Assembly (NCBI RefSeq): GCF_006345805.1
Contig: NC_042998.1
Span: 195,734,001 to 195,798,000 of the forward strand
From: Octopus sinensis
Taxonomy: Eukaryota
Length of the DNA stretch: 64,000 nucleotides
Direction: 5' to 3'
A program made the position numbers and the translations under genes. The notes beneath the pieces were generated by a model, which saw only the letters and a list, made by a program, of their open reading frames with translations, was not told the DNA's origin and did no database searches. Positions 11,387 through 25,689 of this stretch are shown in pieces; the first letter of the stretch is position 1, and every line of letters starts with the position of its first letter.

Positions 11387-12144
11387 GGTGAAGATTAATA
11401 TTTTATCGGAATTTGATAAAAAAAATAATAAAAAAAAGAAAGAATTCGGGGCCACATTCACATATATACCAAGGCCGGTCCCAGGAATTTTTCGAAGAAA
11501 GGACACAAGATCAGACGGGAATACAATTCCAGGAGAAAAGGGCGTAAACATTATTCAGAAGGACGTGGTTCTTTTCTTGGGGGGAGCACGTGCCCCTAAC
11601 CCTTGGGTCGGCCCCTGCATACTGATATACATCGCATATATCTACAAAAGGAAACTTGAAATTTAGAAAACAAAATTGTGATACGTGTTAATGTATAAAA
11701 GTAGGGATCCACCAAGTTTTTTTCTCTTTTTTTTTTGCATATCAAATTCCGTAATAATCATAATCTACACACTCTGAAAGGTGTAGAAAAACATTCATTA
11801 AAAAATACTAATTTTTCTTATTTTTTTACTACCCACAAGGGACTACATACAGAGGGGACAAACAATATATGTGTATGTACATGTGTATGTGTAAGTGTGC
11901 GACCGTGTGCGACCACTGTTCAGCTGAAAAAGAAATTAAAGAAATAAAACTTTTTTTTACGGAAATTGGCGAACAAATAGATGAAATAGAACGAAAATCG
12001 TTTTCACTTTCGTGATACCATCTCCGAAGGAATGCCAGGTGACCGACATCACAGCATTAGGGACACCGGTCCGTTGCAAGGTTAGAGCCCAGCGGTTTTG
12101 AAGGAAGAAGGCAAGTCTGTTGCATTGACCACCAAGACTTCACT

Positions 12145-12374
12145 CTTTAACTCTTTTACTCTTTTACTTGTTTCAGTCATTTGACTGCGGCCATGCTGGA
12201 GCACCGCCTTTAGTCGAGCAAATCGATCCCGGGATTTATTCTTTGTAAGCCCAGGACTTATTCTATCAGTCTCTTTTGCCGAACCGCTAAGTGACGGGGA
12301 CGTAAACACACCAGCATCGGTTGTCAAGCAATGCTAGGGGGACAAACACAGACAACAACAACACACACACACAT

Positions 12375-12411
<37 letters not shown>

Positions 12412-12418
12412 ATAATAG

Positions 12419-12455
<37 letters not shown>

Positions 12456-12645
12456 TAGATATATATATATATATACTATATGACAGGCTTCTTTCATTTC
12501 AGTTCCTCTACAAATCTACTCACAAGGCATTGGTCGGCCCGGGGCTATAGCAGAAGACACTTGCCCAAGATGCCACGCAGTGGGACTGAACCCGGAACCA
12601 TGTGGTTGGTCAGCAAGCTACTTACCACACAGCCACTCCTGCGCC
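12145..12645 (-). mobile_element. SINE family A, full length, expanded internal CA/TA tract
   Basis: Head at 12645, tail AAAAGAGT repeats at about 12145. Confidence 0.9.
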
Positions 12646-13241
12646 TCACTGGTACTTCATTTTATATCGATCTTCGGGGGGAACGGACGGCAAAGTCAAC
12701 GGCAGGATTTTCAATTAGAACCGTAAAGAGCCGGGAGAAATGCTGCAAAGCATTTTGTTCGACGCGCGAACGAGTCAAGCAGCTCGTCGGCCCAAGACCT
12801 AAGTATACAATATATAAGAGAAAGAAGAAAAACAACGGGATGATCACGGTTAGAAGGGCTTTGATCTTTAAAAGGGTCTTCTCGGTGATTGCTGACCAGG
12901 GGTTAAACATCAGCAACAGCTGCCTTGTTTTTAAGCCATTAAAATCTTACCTTTTGCTTGTTTCACTCATTGGACTGCGGCCATGCGGGAGCAGTGCATT
13001 GAAGGGTTCAAGTCAAACAAATCGACTTTAGAAGGTTTTTTTCCCTAAGCCTGGTACTTGTTCTTTCAATCTCTTTTTGCCGAACTGTTGGGTTACAGGT
13101 ATGTACATAAAAGAACAATAGTTATTAACCGGTGGCCAGGAACAAACACAAACCCTGATACCTTGGGCAAGTGTCTTCTACCAACGATTTGTGAATGGAT
13201 TTGGTACACGGAAACTGAAGGAAACCCGTCGTATATACACA

Positions 13242-13315
<74 letters not shown>

Positions 13316-13318
13316 AAT

Positions 13319-13524
13319 GTGACCGCGTGTGTACCGTTGGCGATTTTTTTCCTCTGTCTTCCCTTCTCTGGATCTTTCCTTCTCCTATGTTCCGACGAAG
13401 AGCTCCGCTCGAAACGTTTAAATAAAAACCTCCTTCTTCTTCTTTCCTGAGCGTCCAATAATACTATATTTGTTCCACGTCCTCGCGTTGTTGTGTTTTT
13501 TGTGCTTCCTTGTTTGGATTAACT
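13319..13524 (+). mobile_element. Short TA-flanked element carrying a hammerhead-like motif (Penelope pLTR/retrozyme-like)
   Basis: Near-identical to the reverse complement of 47619-47813; flanked by (TA)n on both sides. Confidence 0.7.
13389..13430 (+). ncRNA. Minimal type I hammerhead-like motif (U4C core variant, stem I disturbed)
   Basis: GUU-CCGACGA-A-GAGC-UCC-GCUC-GAAAC-GUU followed by UAAAUAAAAAC instead of AAAC. Confidence 0.45.
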
Positions 13525-13571
13525 TTATATATATATATATATAATATATATATATATATTATATATATATA

Positions 13572-13640
<69 letters not shown>

Positions 13641-13649
13641 ATATATAAA

Positions 13650-13780
13650 ATTATTGGTGAATTGAAGAAATGGAGCTGAACGCAGATTGAACAGAAATCG
13701 TTTTATTCATTCAAATAAATGAAATAAAACGATTTCTGTTCAATCTGCGTTCAGCTCCATTTCTTCAATTCACCAATAAT
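13650..13780. repeat. 131-bp near-perfect palindrome
   Basis: About 57-bp arms that are exact reverse complements (ATTATTGGTGAATTGAAG...CTTCAATTCACCAATAAT). Confidence 0.95.
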
Positions 13781-13942
13781 GTTTTAATTTCAATTATCCG
13801 CACCAACGCACGGTTGCAACGCCAGATGGTTGTACCTCCAACCGTGCTGTTCACTGCGTTGATTTTGCTACTAAGGTATCGGTTAAAACTTTTGATTAAT
13901 CTACTACAAGATTATTCATCTTCTATTTCACATAATATATAT

Positions 13943-14014
<72 letters not shown>

Positions 14015-14559
14015 ATCATATATATATATACATATATACGACGGGATTCTTGGCTTTGGTCGGTCCGAGACTATAACAGAAGACACTCGCTCAAGATACC
14101 ACACACTGGGACTGAATGCAGGGCCATGTGGTTGGGAAGCAAGCTACTTACCACACAGCCACTCTTGCGCCTAATATATAAATGAAAACTTCATTAAATA
14201 CTAAAAAAAACGTACACGTAGGACAGACACAGAAGGACCCTAATTCTTCATCGGTTATCGACCAAAGTACTAATACTCAGTTTCGTGCCTTTAACGATAA
14301 GACTGAGAACTTTGTACATCGGCGGTTTCTATCAGTTTCCGTCCACCAAATCTACTCGCAAGGATTTGAACGTCTCGGGTTATAGTAGAAAGCATTCGCC
14401 CGAGGTGTCCCACAGTGGGACTGAAACCGTAACCATACAGCTGTGAAGCAAACTTCTTACCACGCATCCATGCCTACGCCTATTAACAATAAATATTGTA
14501 GCTACCCAAAATTTCGTACCTCGATTATCACGATTATGTTTGAGAGAGGCAGAGGGAAT

Positions 14560-14603
<44 letters not shown>

Positions 14604-14964
14604 AGGGAAGAAAGAGGGGAGATGAGGAAGAAGAGAAAAGTAATGCAGAAAGGAGTTAGCGAGGAGAAGAGAAAGGATCGAACAAGCACTGTAAACTTGA
14701 TTTAAACGAAGGAACACAAATGGTGTATGATTGAGTAGGGGTTTTTTTTTATGTTTCATCTATTCTTTTAGTGGTTTCGATCATTGGACTGCGACCATGC
14801 TGGGGCACTGCCTTGAAGGATTTTTAGTCGAATGAATAGGTCCCAGTACCTCTTTTTCAGCTCGTACTTATTCTATCGGCCTCCTTTGCCGAACTGCTAA
14901 GTTACGGGGACATAAACACACTAACACCGGTTGTCAAGCGGTGGGTGGACACCACACATCACAC

Positions 14965-14985
14965 ACACATAAATACATACATATA

Positions 14986-15023
<38 letters not shown>

Positions 15024-15162
15024 ATATATATATATATATATTATATATATACATATATATTATACATATATATATACATATATATATATATACATATATA
15101 TATATACATATATATATACATATATATATATACATATATATATGTATATATGTATGTATATA

Positions 15163-15229
<67 letters not shown>

Positions 15230-15232
15230 CAC
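14965..15232. repeat. (TA)n/(TACA)n microsatellite inside a minus-strand family A SINE (about 14760-15342)
   Basis: Direct reading; SINE tail to the left, SINE head to the right. Confidence 0.85.
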
Positions 15233-15589
15233 ATACACATCAAGTTATAAGTAGGAAACGCCCGAGATGCCACGTAGTGGGACTGAACCTGGAACCATGT
15301 GGTTGACGCGCAAACTTCTAACCACGTAGCCTCCCTGCGCCTATGCAGACAAAAGCTGTAAGAAAAATAATACCCAATCCTCTCTGGAAGATGTTGCTGA
15401 CCACTAGGACGATTACGACCAGTGGTCAAGGAAGACATCGGACCTTCATAAGTGAAGGCATGAGATAGAGATCAGATTTAGCGATAAATATTTCCAAGAT
15501 GTCGATCGTTGTGATCAGGTTCGATTTCCTCTTCAGATATGGGGACAATGATTGATCTGATTCTGCATAACTGGTCCTCCGATTGTTTC

Positions 15590-15895
15590 GACGACGAGGG
15601 TTCCAGTTGACCCGATCAACGGAACAGCCTGCTTGTGAAATTAACATGGCTGAGTAGTCCACAGACACGTGTACCCTGAACGTAGTTCTTAGGGAGATTC
15701 AGCGTGACACAGAGTGTGACAAGGCTGGCCCTTTTTTGAAATACAGGTACTGCTCGTTTTTGCAAGCTGAGTGGACTGGAGCAACGTGAAATAAAGTGTC
15801 TTGCTCAAGGACACAATGCGCAGCCGGGAAACGAACTCACAACCTTGATATCGTGAGCTTAATACCCTAACCACTAAGCCACGTGCCTTCACAAG
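15590..15895 (-). mobile_element. SINE family C, full length
   Basis: Reverse complement of the family C head, centre and tail. Confidence 0.85.
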
Positions 15896-16021
15896 AACAC
15901 ACACACACACATACACACACACATACATGCGTACATAAAACGTATGTACTTACATATATGCATACGTACAAACATGCATATAAATACGTGAATACACACC
16001 CAAAACGTACGTACATGTAAA

Positions 16022-16386
16022 TAGGCGCAGGAGTGGCTGTGTGGTAAGTAGCTTGCTTACCAACCACATGGTTCCGGGTTCAGTCCCACTGCGCGGCATC
16101 TTGGGCAAGTGTCTTCTACTATAGCCTCGGACCAACCAAAGCCTTGTGAGTGGATTTGGTAGATGGAAACTGAAAGAAGCCCGTCGTATATATGTATATA
16201 TATATTTATGTATATGTTTGTGTGTCTGTCCCCGTCACTTAGCGGTTCGACAAAAGAGACCGATAGAATAAGTACTGGGCTTAAAAAAAGAATAAGTCCC
16301 GGGGTCGATTTGTTCGACTAAAGGCGGTGCTCCAGCATGGCCGCAGTCAAATGACTGAAACAAGTAAAAGAGTAAAAGAGAGAGTA
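16022..16386 (+). mobile_element. SINE family A, full length
   Basis: TAGGCGCAGGAGTGGCTGTGTGG head to AAGTAAAAGAGTAAAAGAG tail. Confidence 0.9.
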
Positions 16387-17937
16387 GATGCACGTGTTTC
16401 TACGCATGCGTATGTGTCCGTGGGTTTATATACATCTACGACCCTATCCACATATAGCCATGCACACATTCATACATAAAGGCGTACGCAGACATACATT
16501 CATAAATAGAGACACACACAATCACTCACATACACACGGGTATATACGTGGTACATACATACGTTTATATACATACATAAATGCATACAACACGCACACA
16601 CACACACACACGCGCGCGTGCATTCGTACGTTATACACTATCTATATGCATATACATCTATACGTCTATACATACATGCCAATATTTTAAAATATTTATA
16701 TCATGCATTATACACAGAGACACACATACATACATACATACAATATATATATATATATATTATATATTATATATATATATATATATTATATAATATATAT
16801 ATATATATATATATACATATATATACATATGTAAGAGATTAACCCTTCCCCATACATATATGCATAAAATATAATCATAAATGTGTGTGTGTGTGTGTGT
16901 ACACGCGCGCGCTCACACACTGTACACACTTATGGTTCGTACGTATACCGAAGCATACGAGCATGCATTCAAAGAATCTATTTCTAGAAGTAATTTTATC
17001 AAAATCAAATTTGCAGAAAGCTTGTGCTAAATTCGTTTAAAATATGTAAGACGATTCATTCTTTACCTACAGAATAATTGGATAATATTCGCTATTTCAG
17101 AAGATAGCGAGCTAGATTACCAACCTAACTTCATTTAAGCAGTTTTTCAATAAACAATTATAGATAAGCAAAACTGTTAATAGTACGAAATATATAAACA
17201 GATCTAGAAGCAGGCAAGACTTCCTAAGACAAAGCCACCATTAGTACGTCTGGTCGCTCTCTATCAGACAATCTTATCGTCTGTTTGTGCTTCAAAGTAG
17301 TGAATACGTTATATGAGTATATATCTTAATTTGATTTAATTTTTTATCATTGAAAATATGATTTCGTTTCAGCTACTGCTTTTAGTTTTCCAAATATATA
17401 TATATATATATATATATATTTTAAAAATGAATAAATGCATTTCATTTTGTGATTAATTTTCAATCAATCTTAAACATGGCTGCTAGTTTACTTGAGAAAA
17501 ACGTAAACGAATGTCAGTTTGAAGACAAACGTATCACATTTTCTTCGAATATGTCATCTTGTGTCGTCTCGTTCATTCTCTCCTTCAACATAACATAAGA
17601 ACATTTTGCTTTAGCTTCTTCTATTGTCTGCAGTTTTTCTTTTATTTTATCTGCTTATTTACTTTCCTCTCTTTTGTTATACGTATTTCAATGAAAAATA
17701 ATTTATCTGGCCATGTTTCTTTTTTCTTAAATTTAAAAACTGTTTCCAATTATTGAAATTCTAATGTTGTCATAGTTTTACTTTCGTTCGAAATAATTTT
17801 TTGTTGGAAATTCCATTTACCCGCAGCCATAAACAATAATAATAATTTGCGACCAAACTTCAAGATTTTCAATAAAACTAGAGAAATTCTTAAAATCATT
17901 GAAATCTTTTCGCATTTAAACTAGTAATGTCTGTTAG

Positions 17938-18240
17938 TGACGGCGCGTGGCTTAGTGGTTAGGACATTCGACTCGCGATCGTAAGGTTATGAGTTCGATT
18001 CTAGGCGGTATGTTGTGTCTTTAAACAAGATATTTTATTCGGTTGTCAAATATGAATTGTACCTGTGATTCAAAAGAGGCCAGCCTTGTTACATTCTGTG
18101 TCACACTGAATCTCTCCGAGAACTACATTAAGGGTACACGTGTCTATGGAGTGGTCAGCCACTTGTACGTTAATTTCAGGAGTAATCTGTTTCGTTCATT
18201 GGATCAAATGGAACCCTTATTGTCGTAACCGACGGAGGAC
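17938..18240 (+). mobile_element. SINE family C
   Basis: GGCGCGTGGCTTAGTGGTTAGG...GAGTTCGATTC head; tail GTCGTAACCGACGGAG. Confidence 0.8.
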
Positions 18241-18447
18241 CGGTTTTTCTGCTTGTTTTATATTCAAACCGTCCAGATTCCACTCCTCACACCTACCATA
18301 AAATGTTATTCCAGAAATAAACCATAACATCATCGAATCTCGAAGCTAAGAGATAATGCTCGATTAATTCAAACACAATGTGAATAAATAAATATTACAT
18401 TTGACAAAACAACTTAATTAATCCCAATTTATACCGAGGAGCTGGGT

Positions 18448-18616
18448 TAGGGCCGGCTCAATGTACCGGCAACTCGAGCAGTCGCACGGGGCACCATGTG
18501 CTTTTTTAGTCTATATTTTCAGTTTTTCTCCTTGTGAAAGTTTTTAAAAAATTATACTTGTAAGGGCGCCGATGTTCAGTTTATCCGGGGCGCCAGCAAC
18601 CCTAGGGCCGGTCCTG
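18448..18616. mobile_element. hAT-type MITE (CAGGGCCGGC TIR family)
   Basis: TAGGGCCGGC ... GCCGGTCCTG ends; degenerate 8-bp TSD AGCTGGGT / CGCTGGAT; related copies at 54312-54442 and 54992-55110. Confidence 0.65.
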
Positions 18617-18988
18617 CGCTGGATCTTAATATTTTGGTTGTAAACTCTTAATGACTGGAGATGGATATGGTCACAGGCCTATTTCGATCTACAGAAGAGA
18701 AACTGCCAACGAAGCCATCAAATATCTAGCAGCAAGAAACCAATCAAATGTGTCTGTTTTGAAACATCTTCTCACGATGCTACTTAACGCTATTTCGTTT
18801 AAAACCGTTTTTTTTTTTTGTTTTTGTTCTGTCATGCGACCTGGATAATGAGTTTTTAAACGAGGCCAATAAAATACGGCATTGTTATACGTAAGTTTTC
18901 TTGGGGAGAACGTAAGATGCACGTGAATGCGTGTGTATGTTGCCTATGTGCCTAGTGTGCATGTGTGCATTTACACACACATACATAC

Positions 18989-19021
<33 letters not shown>

Positions 19022-20970
19022 AAGTAGGTGAATGAATTATCCTATGTTTATCGTCAGCATGGAAAATTCGCTTTATCGCTTTGTTTACCATGTAGGCAAC
19101 CATCGAAATTTTTGTTTGTCTTGTTGTCGAGAGAGGCTCCCTTTCTTTCCTGATGAGAAGATTGCATAATGCACCCTTTATTCCTTTGGAATGAAAACAT
19201 GCTGTCTTCGAAACATGTGTCGAGAGTAAAGGAATTTTGTTAACATCTTCGTTCGATTCCATTCTTTCATTTATATATATATATATCAGTGGCGACAACG
19301 ACATTCCGGTTGTTCGGGCTTAGCCCAAGTATAAATTTAGTAAAGTGAACTTGTATTTTCAAGCTGATTTCATCTCTACAACACCGACATGAAAGAGGCG
19401 TGAAAGATTTGAGAATTTTTAAAAAAAGCGAATGCTCTGTCGGACCATACTGTCCATGCGGATGATATGATTAGAAGTTACGGGTTAAGATGCATTACGA
19501 CGCTAAATATATAATAGTATTTTAAGATGAATCTAAAATATGAAGGGTAACTAGATTAAAATCGTATAGGCTAATTCTTTTACTATATATAGTAAAGTTT
19601 ATTTGCCAACAGAATGTGGTGATCCTATAAAGGACAATATTACTATTGTTTAAGTCCCAGGAAAACATCTTTTCCAGCTAGCTATCGACACACAGTCTGT
19701 GTCCGTATAGTGTTTGCAAGGGAGGTCATCGCTCCCATCTCCAGCCAAACGTGATACTCACAGACCATGGTTTCTGAGTGGTTACCCGTCCTCAGTGTGA
19801 GACAATCACTGGCTGTTGATGAAAGCTCTCTCCACTTGCAAACACTTTATATTCTTTAAGTGACACACAGTCGCTGATCTCGTTTAGAGAAAAACAACTT
19901 GTTTTAAATCTCTCGATGAGAGATATATAGTAACAGTACAGATTAGTAAAGTTTATTTGCCAACAGAATGAGGTAGTCCTATAATGGACGGTGCTACTAT
20001 TGCTTAAGCCCCGGGAAAACGTACATACATACATACACATATATGTTTTCGTATACATTCGCTGATTTCTTCCAAGGAATCTAATGCTCTTAGCTTAGTT
20101 TTTCATTGGGGCTGGCCAGATTGTAAACGTTGTAAAAGTAAATCAGAAATTTGTTGGCAAATTTAACGAAGTGTAACAGATTGAAGTGAAATTTAGGAAG
20201 TTACTTCTGTCAGTAAATTATGTAGGAAATTACTTTCATCAGTAATCGTGAACTTCTTTCTGTCAGTAATTTGTTGTTACTGTTTGTAAATAGAGATTGA
20301 AAACTTATAGTAAAAACAATAGCGATTGAACTTAAAATTAAAGCAATAGAGAGTGAGATATAGAGAAAGAGCTAGCTACTTCGACAAATAAAATAGGTAT
20401 AGGTAGATAGATAAGATATAGACAGATAGGAACAGAAAGATAGATATAGAGATAGATATGGATAGAGACATATAGAGAGATTGTGATAGACTGAGAGAGA
20501 TGGATGGAGAGATATAAATAGAGATATAGACGTCACTGACACTAGAAAACCGGAAGTAAATATTTTTTTTAACTTTCAAAGTCGTGAATCTAATAAAAAA
20601 TGCAATATATTTTTTACTGACCAACAGCATATAAGGGAGACAATCCATTTCTGAAAGTTACTTCGCAAAGAGTTTTCTCCCATCTCCACGTAACATGGGA
20701 ACGGGTGTTATTTTGCCTCCGGGGGCCCGTTGCTCATTATGCGAAAAATTTTAAGAGTCTAAAACCATCCCTGGAACAAAAGTAATGTATGTTCCCAGTT
20801 TGGAGAAAATCAGTTGAAAAATACGGCCGTTATAATCTTTTTACCACATACAGAACGTGATTATATGATATATATATATATGTAAGTATGTATGCATGAA
20901 TATATATATATATATAATATATATGTATGTATGTATGTATGTATCTATATATGTATATATATATATATAA

Positions 20971-21022
<52 letters not shown>

Positions 21023-21505
21023 GATATATGCATGTAGACATTGTATGTTCATGTTTGTATATATATATGTGCGTCTGTGTGTGATTTCATAGAGAATTAA
21101 AAAGAACGTGTATAGATGCAACTAAATATATGTACTTACGTGTGTGTATACACGCACATGCACACATACATAGACACACGCATGCACGCACACCACACAC
21201 GCACACACGCAAATACATGCGTATATACATACACAATGACATTCCAACTTTCAAATGCACACACGCACGCAAAACGCTTCGTGCACGCGGACGCGTTGTT
21301 CATTTGTGAATTTCTTTCTGAAAGCAAAACAATTGATGAACGAAGAAGTTGATCGGTGACAGCGTATTGTTTAACGAGAACGAGATTTGAGAGGGAAAAT
21401 GTGAAAGCAGCCAATAAATAAAGAAATAAAGGAATAAGTAAAGGAATAAGTAGACAGCAGACGAACAGACAGACAGGCTAGTAGTAGACAGATAGATAGA
21501 TATAC

Positions 21506-21590
<85 letters not shown>

Positions 21591-21862
21591 GAGAAAAGAA
21601 AGACAGACAGATAGACAGATAGATAGACAGACAATAGATAGATAGATAGATAGATAGATAGACAGACAGGCAGACAGACATACAGACAGGCAGGCAGGCT
21701 GGCAGACAGATAGATCAATAGATAGAACTCAGTAAAAATCTTGTTTCAGGGGTCTATTTTGGTGTTATGGCAAAAACAGAAAGAATATATATATATTGTA
21801 TATATATTTATATCGATTATATAATTATATTATATCTATATATATAATATATATATATATTT

Positions 21863-21925
<63 letters not shown>

Positions 21926-22284
21926 TTGCGTGTGTGCGTGCGTGCGTGTATGTTTATACCACGTCGTATCTCCAAAATGCTATTATTATTATACAATGTT
22001 TATTAATCAATCCAGTAATGAAATTTCATCATCAACAAAACCTAAATTCTCGGCTTGAAATATAAATAAATAAATGGAAAATACAAAAAAAAAAAAGACG
22101 GGGTTTGGGGTGAGGGGAGGGGTAGAAGTGGGGGGGGGGGGGTAAAAACTCGACAACTTAATCTCGACGCTGATACGCATGCGTGCACTATTTATATTTT
22201 CTCTCCTGCTTTACGTTGAGCCTGTTTTGCATTTCTGTTTTAACACACCTTAGTAGTGAAAGAGAGGGGAAAAATAACAGTTTA

Positions 22285-22700
22285 TTCTCTCTCTCTCCCC
22301 CCACCTCTCTTTCTCTTTCTCTCTCTCTCTCTCTTTCTCTTTCTCTTTGTCTCTTTCTCTCTCTCTCTCTTTCTCTTTCTCTTTGTCTCTTTCTCTCTCT
22401 CCTGTCTTTCTCTTTCTCTTTGTCTCTTTCTCTCTCCCCCCTCTCTTTCTCTTTCTCTTTGTCTCTTTCTCTCTCCCTCTCTCTCTCCCTCTCTCTTTTA
22501 TAAAGGCTGCTTCTAGTTTCTTCCGTCATTTTTTTACATCTTCATCGATTTTCTTCTTCAATTCTAAATGTCTTTTCTTCTCCCCATTGTCTATCTCCCC
22601 CCCCTTCATATACCACACACAATTTCATGTTACTTTGCGATCTCTCTCTTCCTCTCACTCTCTCTCTCCCTCTCTCTCTCTCTCATTCTTTCTTCCTTTT
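22285..22700. repeat. (CT)n-rich polypyrimidine tract with CTCTTT/CTTTGT variants
   Basis: Direct reading; the overlapping ORFs are low-complexity artefacts. Confidence 0.9.
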
Positions 22701-23179
22701 TTTTCCCCTTCTCTTTTATAACTATAGGTTCGCCGTCTAAAACGATGGCGGCGCCGTCGCTCTTCCGTTGCCCTTTCCATTGTACCTTACCCTTTCAGCT
22801 ATCTTCATCTCCAACTCGTAACAAGGACAGACAACACGATTGAATTTCCACAGATTGACTTACATGTGAGTCTTTCCTGCTGAAAATAACGACGGCTTCA
22901 GACGATAAAGTCGCACAAGTTGACAACTACACTGGCTGCAACATATTGAGGTCAAACGGCCACGAGCGGCATCCTTCCATTTCGACCTTTACAAATATAG
23001 CACAAGAGCTTATTAGGGACTTATTTCTACCATACTTCTTTCGGTTACACTCTTCTCCTTATTATTTATAAATATATCAAACTGATTTTATCTTCTATTT
23101 ATACTCATCTTCAGTAACATAAGCATTTAGTCATCATCATCATTATCATCATCATTATCATCATTATCATTATTATTAA

Positions 23180-23700
23180 GGCGCTGAGCTGGCAGAATCG
23201 TTAGCAAGCCGGACGAAATGCTGAGTGGTATTTCGTCCGCCGCTACCGTTCTGAGTTCAAATTCCGCCGAGATCGACTTTGCCTTTCATCCTTTCGGGGT
23301 CGATTAAATAAGTACCAGTTACGTACTGGGGTCGATGTAATCGACTTAATACCTATCTATGTCTGTCCTTGTTTGTCCCCTCTATGTTTAACCCCTTGTG
23401 GGTAATAAAGAAATAGGTATTTCGTCTACCGTTACGTTTTGAGTTCAAATTCCGCCGAGGACGACTTTGCCTCTCATCCTTTCGGGGTCGATAAATTAAG
23501 TACTAGTTACGTACTGGGATCGATATAATCGACTTAATCCGTTTATCTGTCCTTGTTTGTCCTCTCTGTGTTTAGCCCCTTGTGGGTAGTAAAGAAATAG
23601 GTATTCCGTCTGTCTTTACGTTGTGGGTTCAAATTCCGCCAAGGTCGACTTTACCGTTTATCCTTTCCGGGTCGATAAAATAAGTACCAGTTGAGCTCCC
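23180..23700 (+). mobile_element. SINE family B trimer
   Basis: Head GGCGCTGAGCTGGCAGAATCG, then three monomers joined at AATAG|GTATT. Confidence 0.85.
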
Positions 23701-23855
23701 GAAATTTCAGACCTTGTGCCTATATTAGAAAGGATTATTGTTATCATTATTTGACTTTGCCTTTCACCCTTTTGGGGGTCGATAAAATAAGTATCAGTGG
23801 AGTCGACTTACCCCTACCCCGAAATTGCTGGCCTTGTGCAAAAGTTTGATACGAT

Positions 23856-23916
<61 letters not shown>

Positions 23917-25141
23917 CATTATTATTATTATTATTTATTGCCTTTACTAGCTTTCCCGATTAAGTTCAGTCAGTCACTGCGCGGTAATAATCTGGTTACC
24001 TTGACAACAGAGAAAATCTGATATCCATCCATAAAAGAAGAGCATGTTTATTATCAAGTGCAAAAATATATAACGAGAAGCAATGATAAAAAAGAAAGGA
24101 GGTAAAGCATTTAAAAAAATATATAGGCAAGGGGGATAGAGGCTGGAAAGTGATATAACGACAATCAGCAGCAGACGATATATAAGGCTAAAATCCGCCA
24201 TCTTATCTCGTTGTTAAATGCCTTTTAAATGAGAGGAAGGAAAATAGGAGAAGAGGAAGGCAGAAACAATGAAAGATTGAATAAATAATTAAGGGAACAG
24301 TTAGATACACCCAACCATACGAAATGTTAAATAGTTCTTCGATAAATGTCGAGTATAATTCGTTTTGTCTGAAAAGAACCAGAGATTCATGTAAAACTTT
24401 TCCTGTGTTACGGACAGCCTTTATAAATTTTACGTAGTTTTAACATTAAAATTGCCTTTCTCTGTTTACACAAATATACACATGTATGTATGTATATAAT
24501 ATATATATATATATATATACTTATATATTCTGTTGGTACATCAGTATAATTAGCATTGGTGTATCAGGACAAAGGAGTATCTCTCCATATACGTATAAAT
24601 GTCTGTGTGTATATATATATATATGTATCTATATACATATTCTTTTATTCTTTTACTCGTTTCAGTCATTTTGACTGTGGCCATGCAGGAGCACCCACTT
24701 AAAGGGCTTTTAGTCGAAGCACTCGGCCCCAGGGCTCATTGTTCGTAAGCATAGTATTTATTCTATAGGTCTTCTTTGCCAAACCGTTAAATTACGGGGC
24801 GTAACATCGGTTGTTAGGCGATGGTGAGAGGAAAAATACATACACACACACACACACATAAATATACATATATATATATTCTTTTATCCTTTTATTTGTT
24901 TCAGTCATTTTGACTGCGGTCACGCAAGAGCACCGCCTTTAGTCGAGCAAATCGACCCCGGGACGTATTCTTTGTAAGCCTGTACTTATTCATCGGTATC
25001 TTTTGCCGAACCGCTATGTTACGGGACGTAAAACACCAGCTTTGGTTGCCAAGCGATGGTGGGGAGTAATAAACACACACACACACGCACGCACACACAC
25101 ATACATACGCACGCACCACATACACACACACGCATGCCACA

Positions 25142-25203
<62 letters not shown>

Positions 25204-25286
25204 CAGCCCCGGCATCCGAAACTCTGAGTTTTATCATGAGAACCAACTAACTGTCACATATTATTACATATTATATAATATATATA

Positions 25287-25332
<46 letters not shown>

Positions 25333-25689
25333 TACATATATATATATATATATAACACACCACAATGCAAGCCTCTCAATTTTGTGAATCTCTCTTCATA
25401 TTACATGTTCGGTGTGTCATGAAAGGAACCACATTTCTGCCGCATTGATAAGCATTTCCCTTTGTCGATGTTCCAGATGAAAACCAAATAACAGAAAACT
25501 ACGGCCAAGTACATTACTTACTAATGCCATGAAGATAATTGAACGCATTAAAAGTTAATGAAAATAAGTTCTTAAGAGAATGGGTTTATATTCTTAATGA
25601 GTCGGATGGGTCTGACGACGGATTACAATGGCGTGAATACTAAAGTGAATGCGGGTTGTCGGTCATTGCGTTCGCTGTCGCTTTCGTCC

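Noticed and set aside
11280-11666. 128-aa ORF
   Set aside because: Read-through of a SINE head into a MITE-like sequence.
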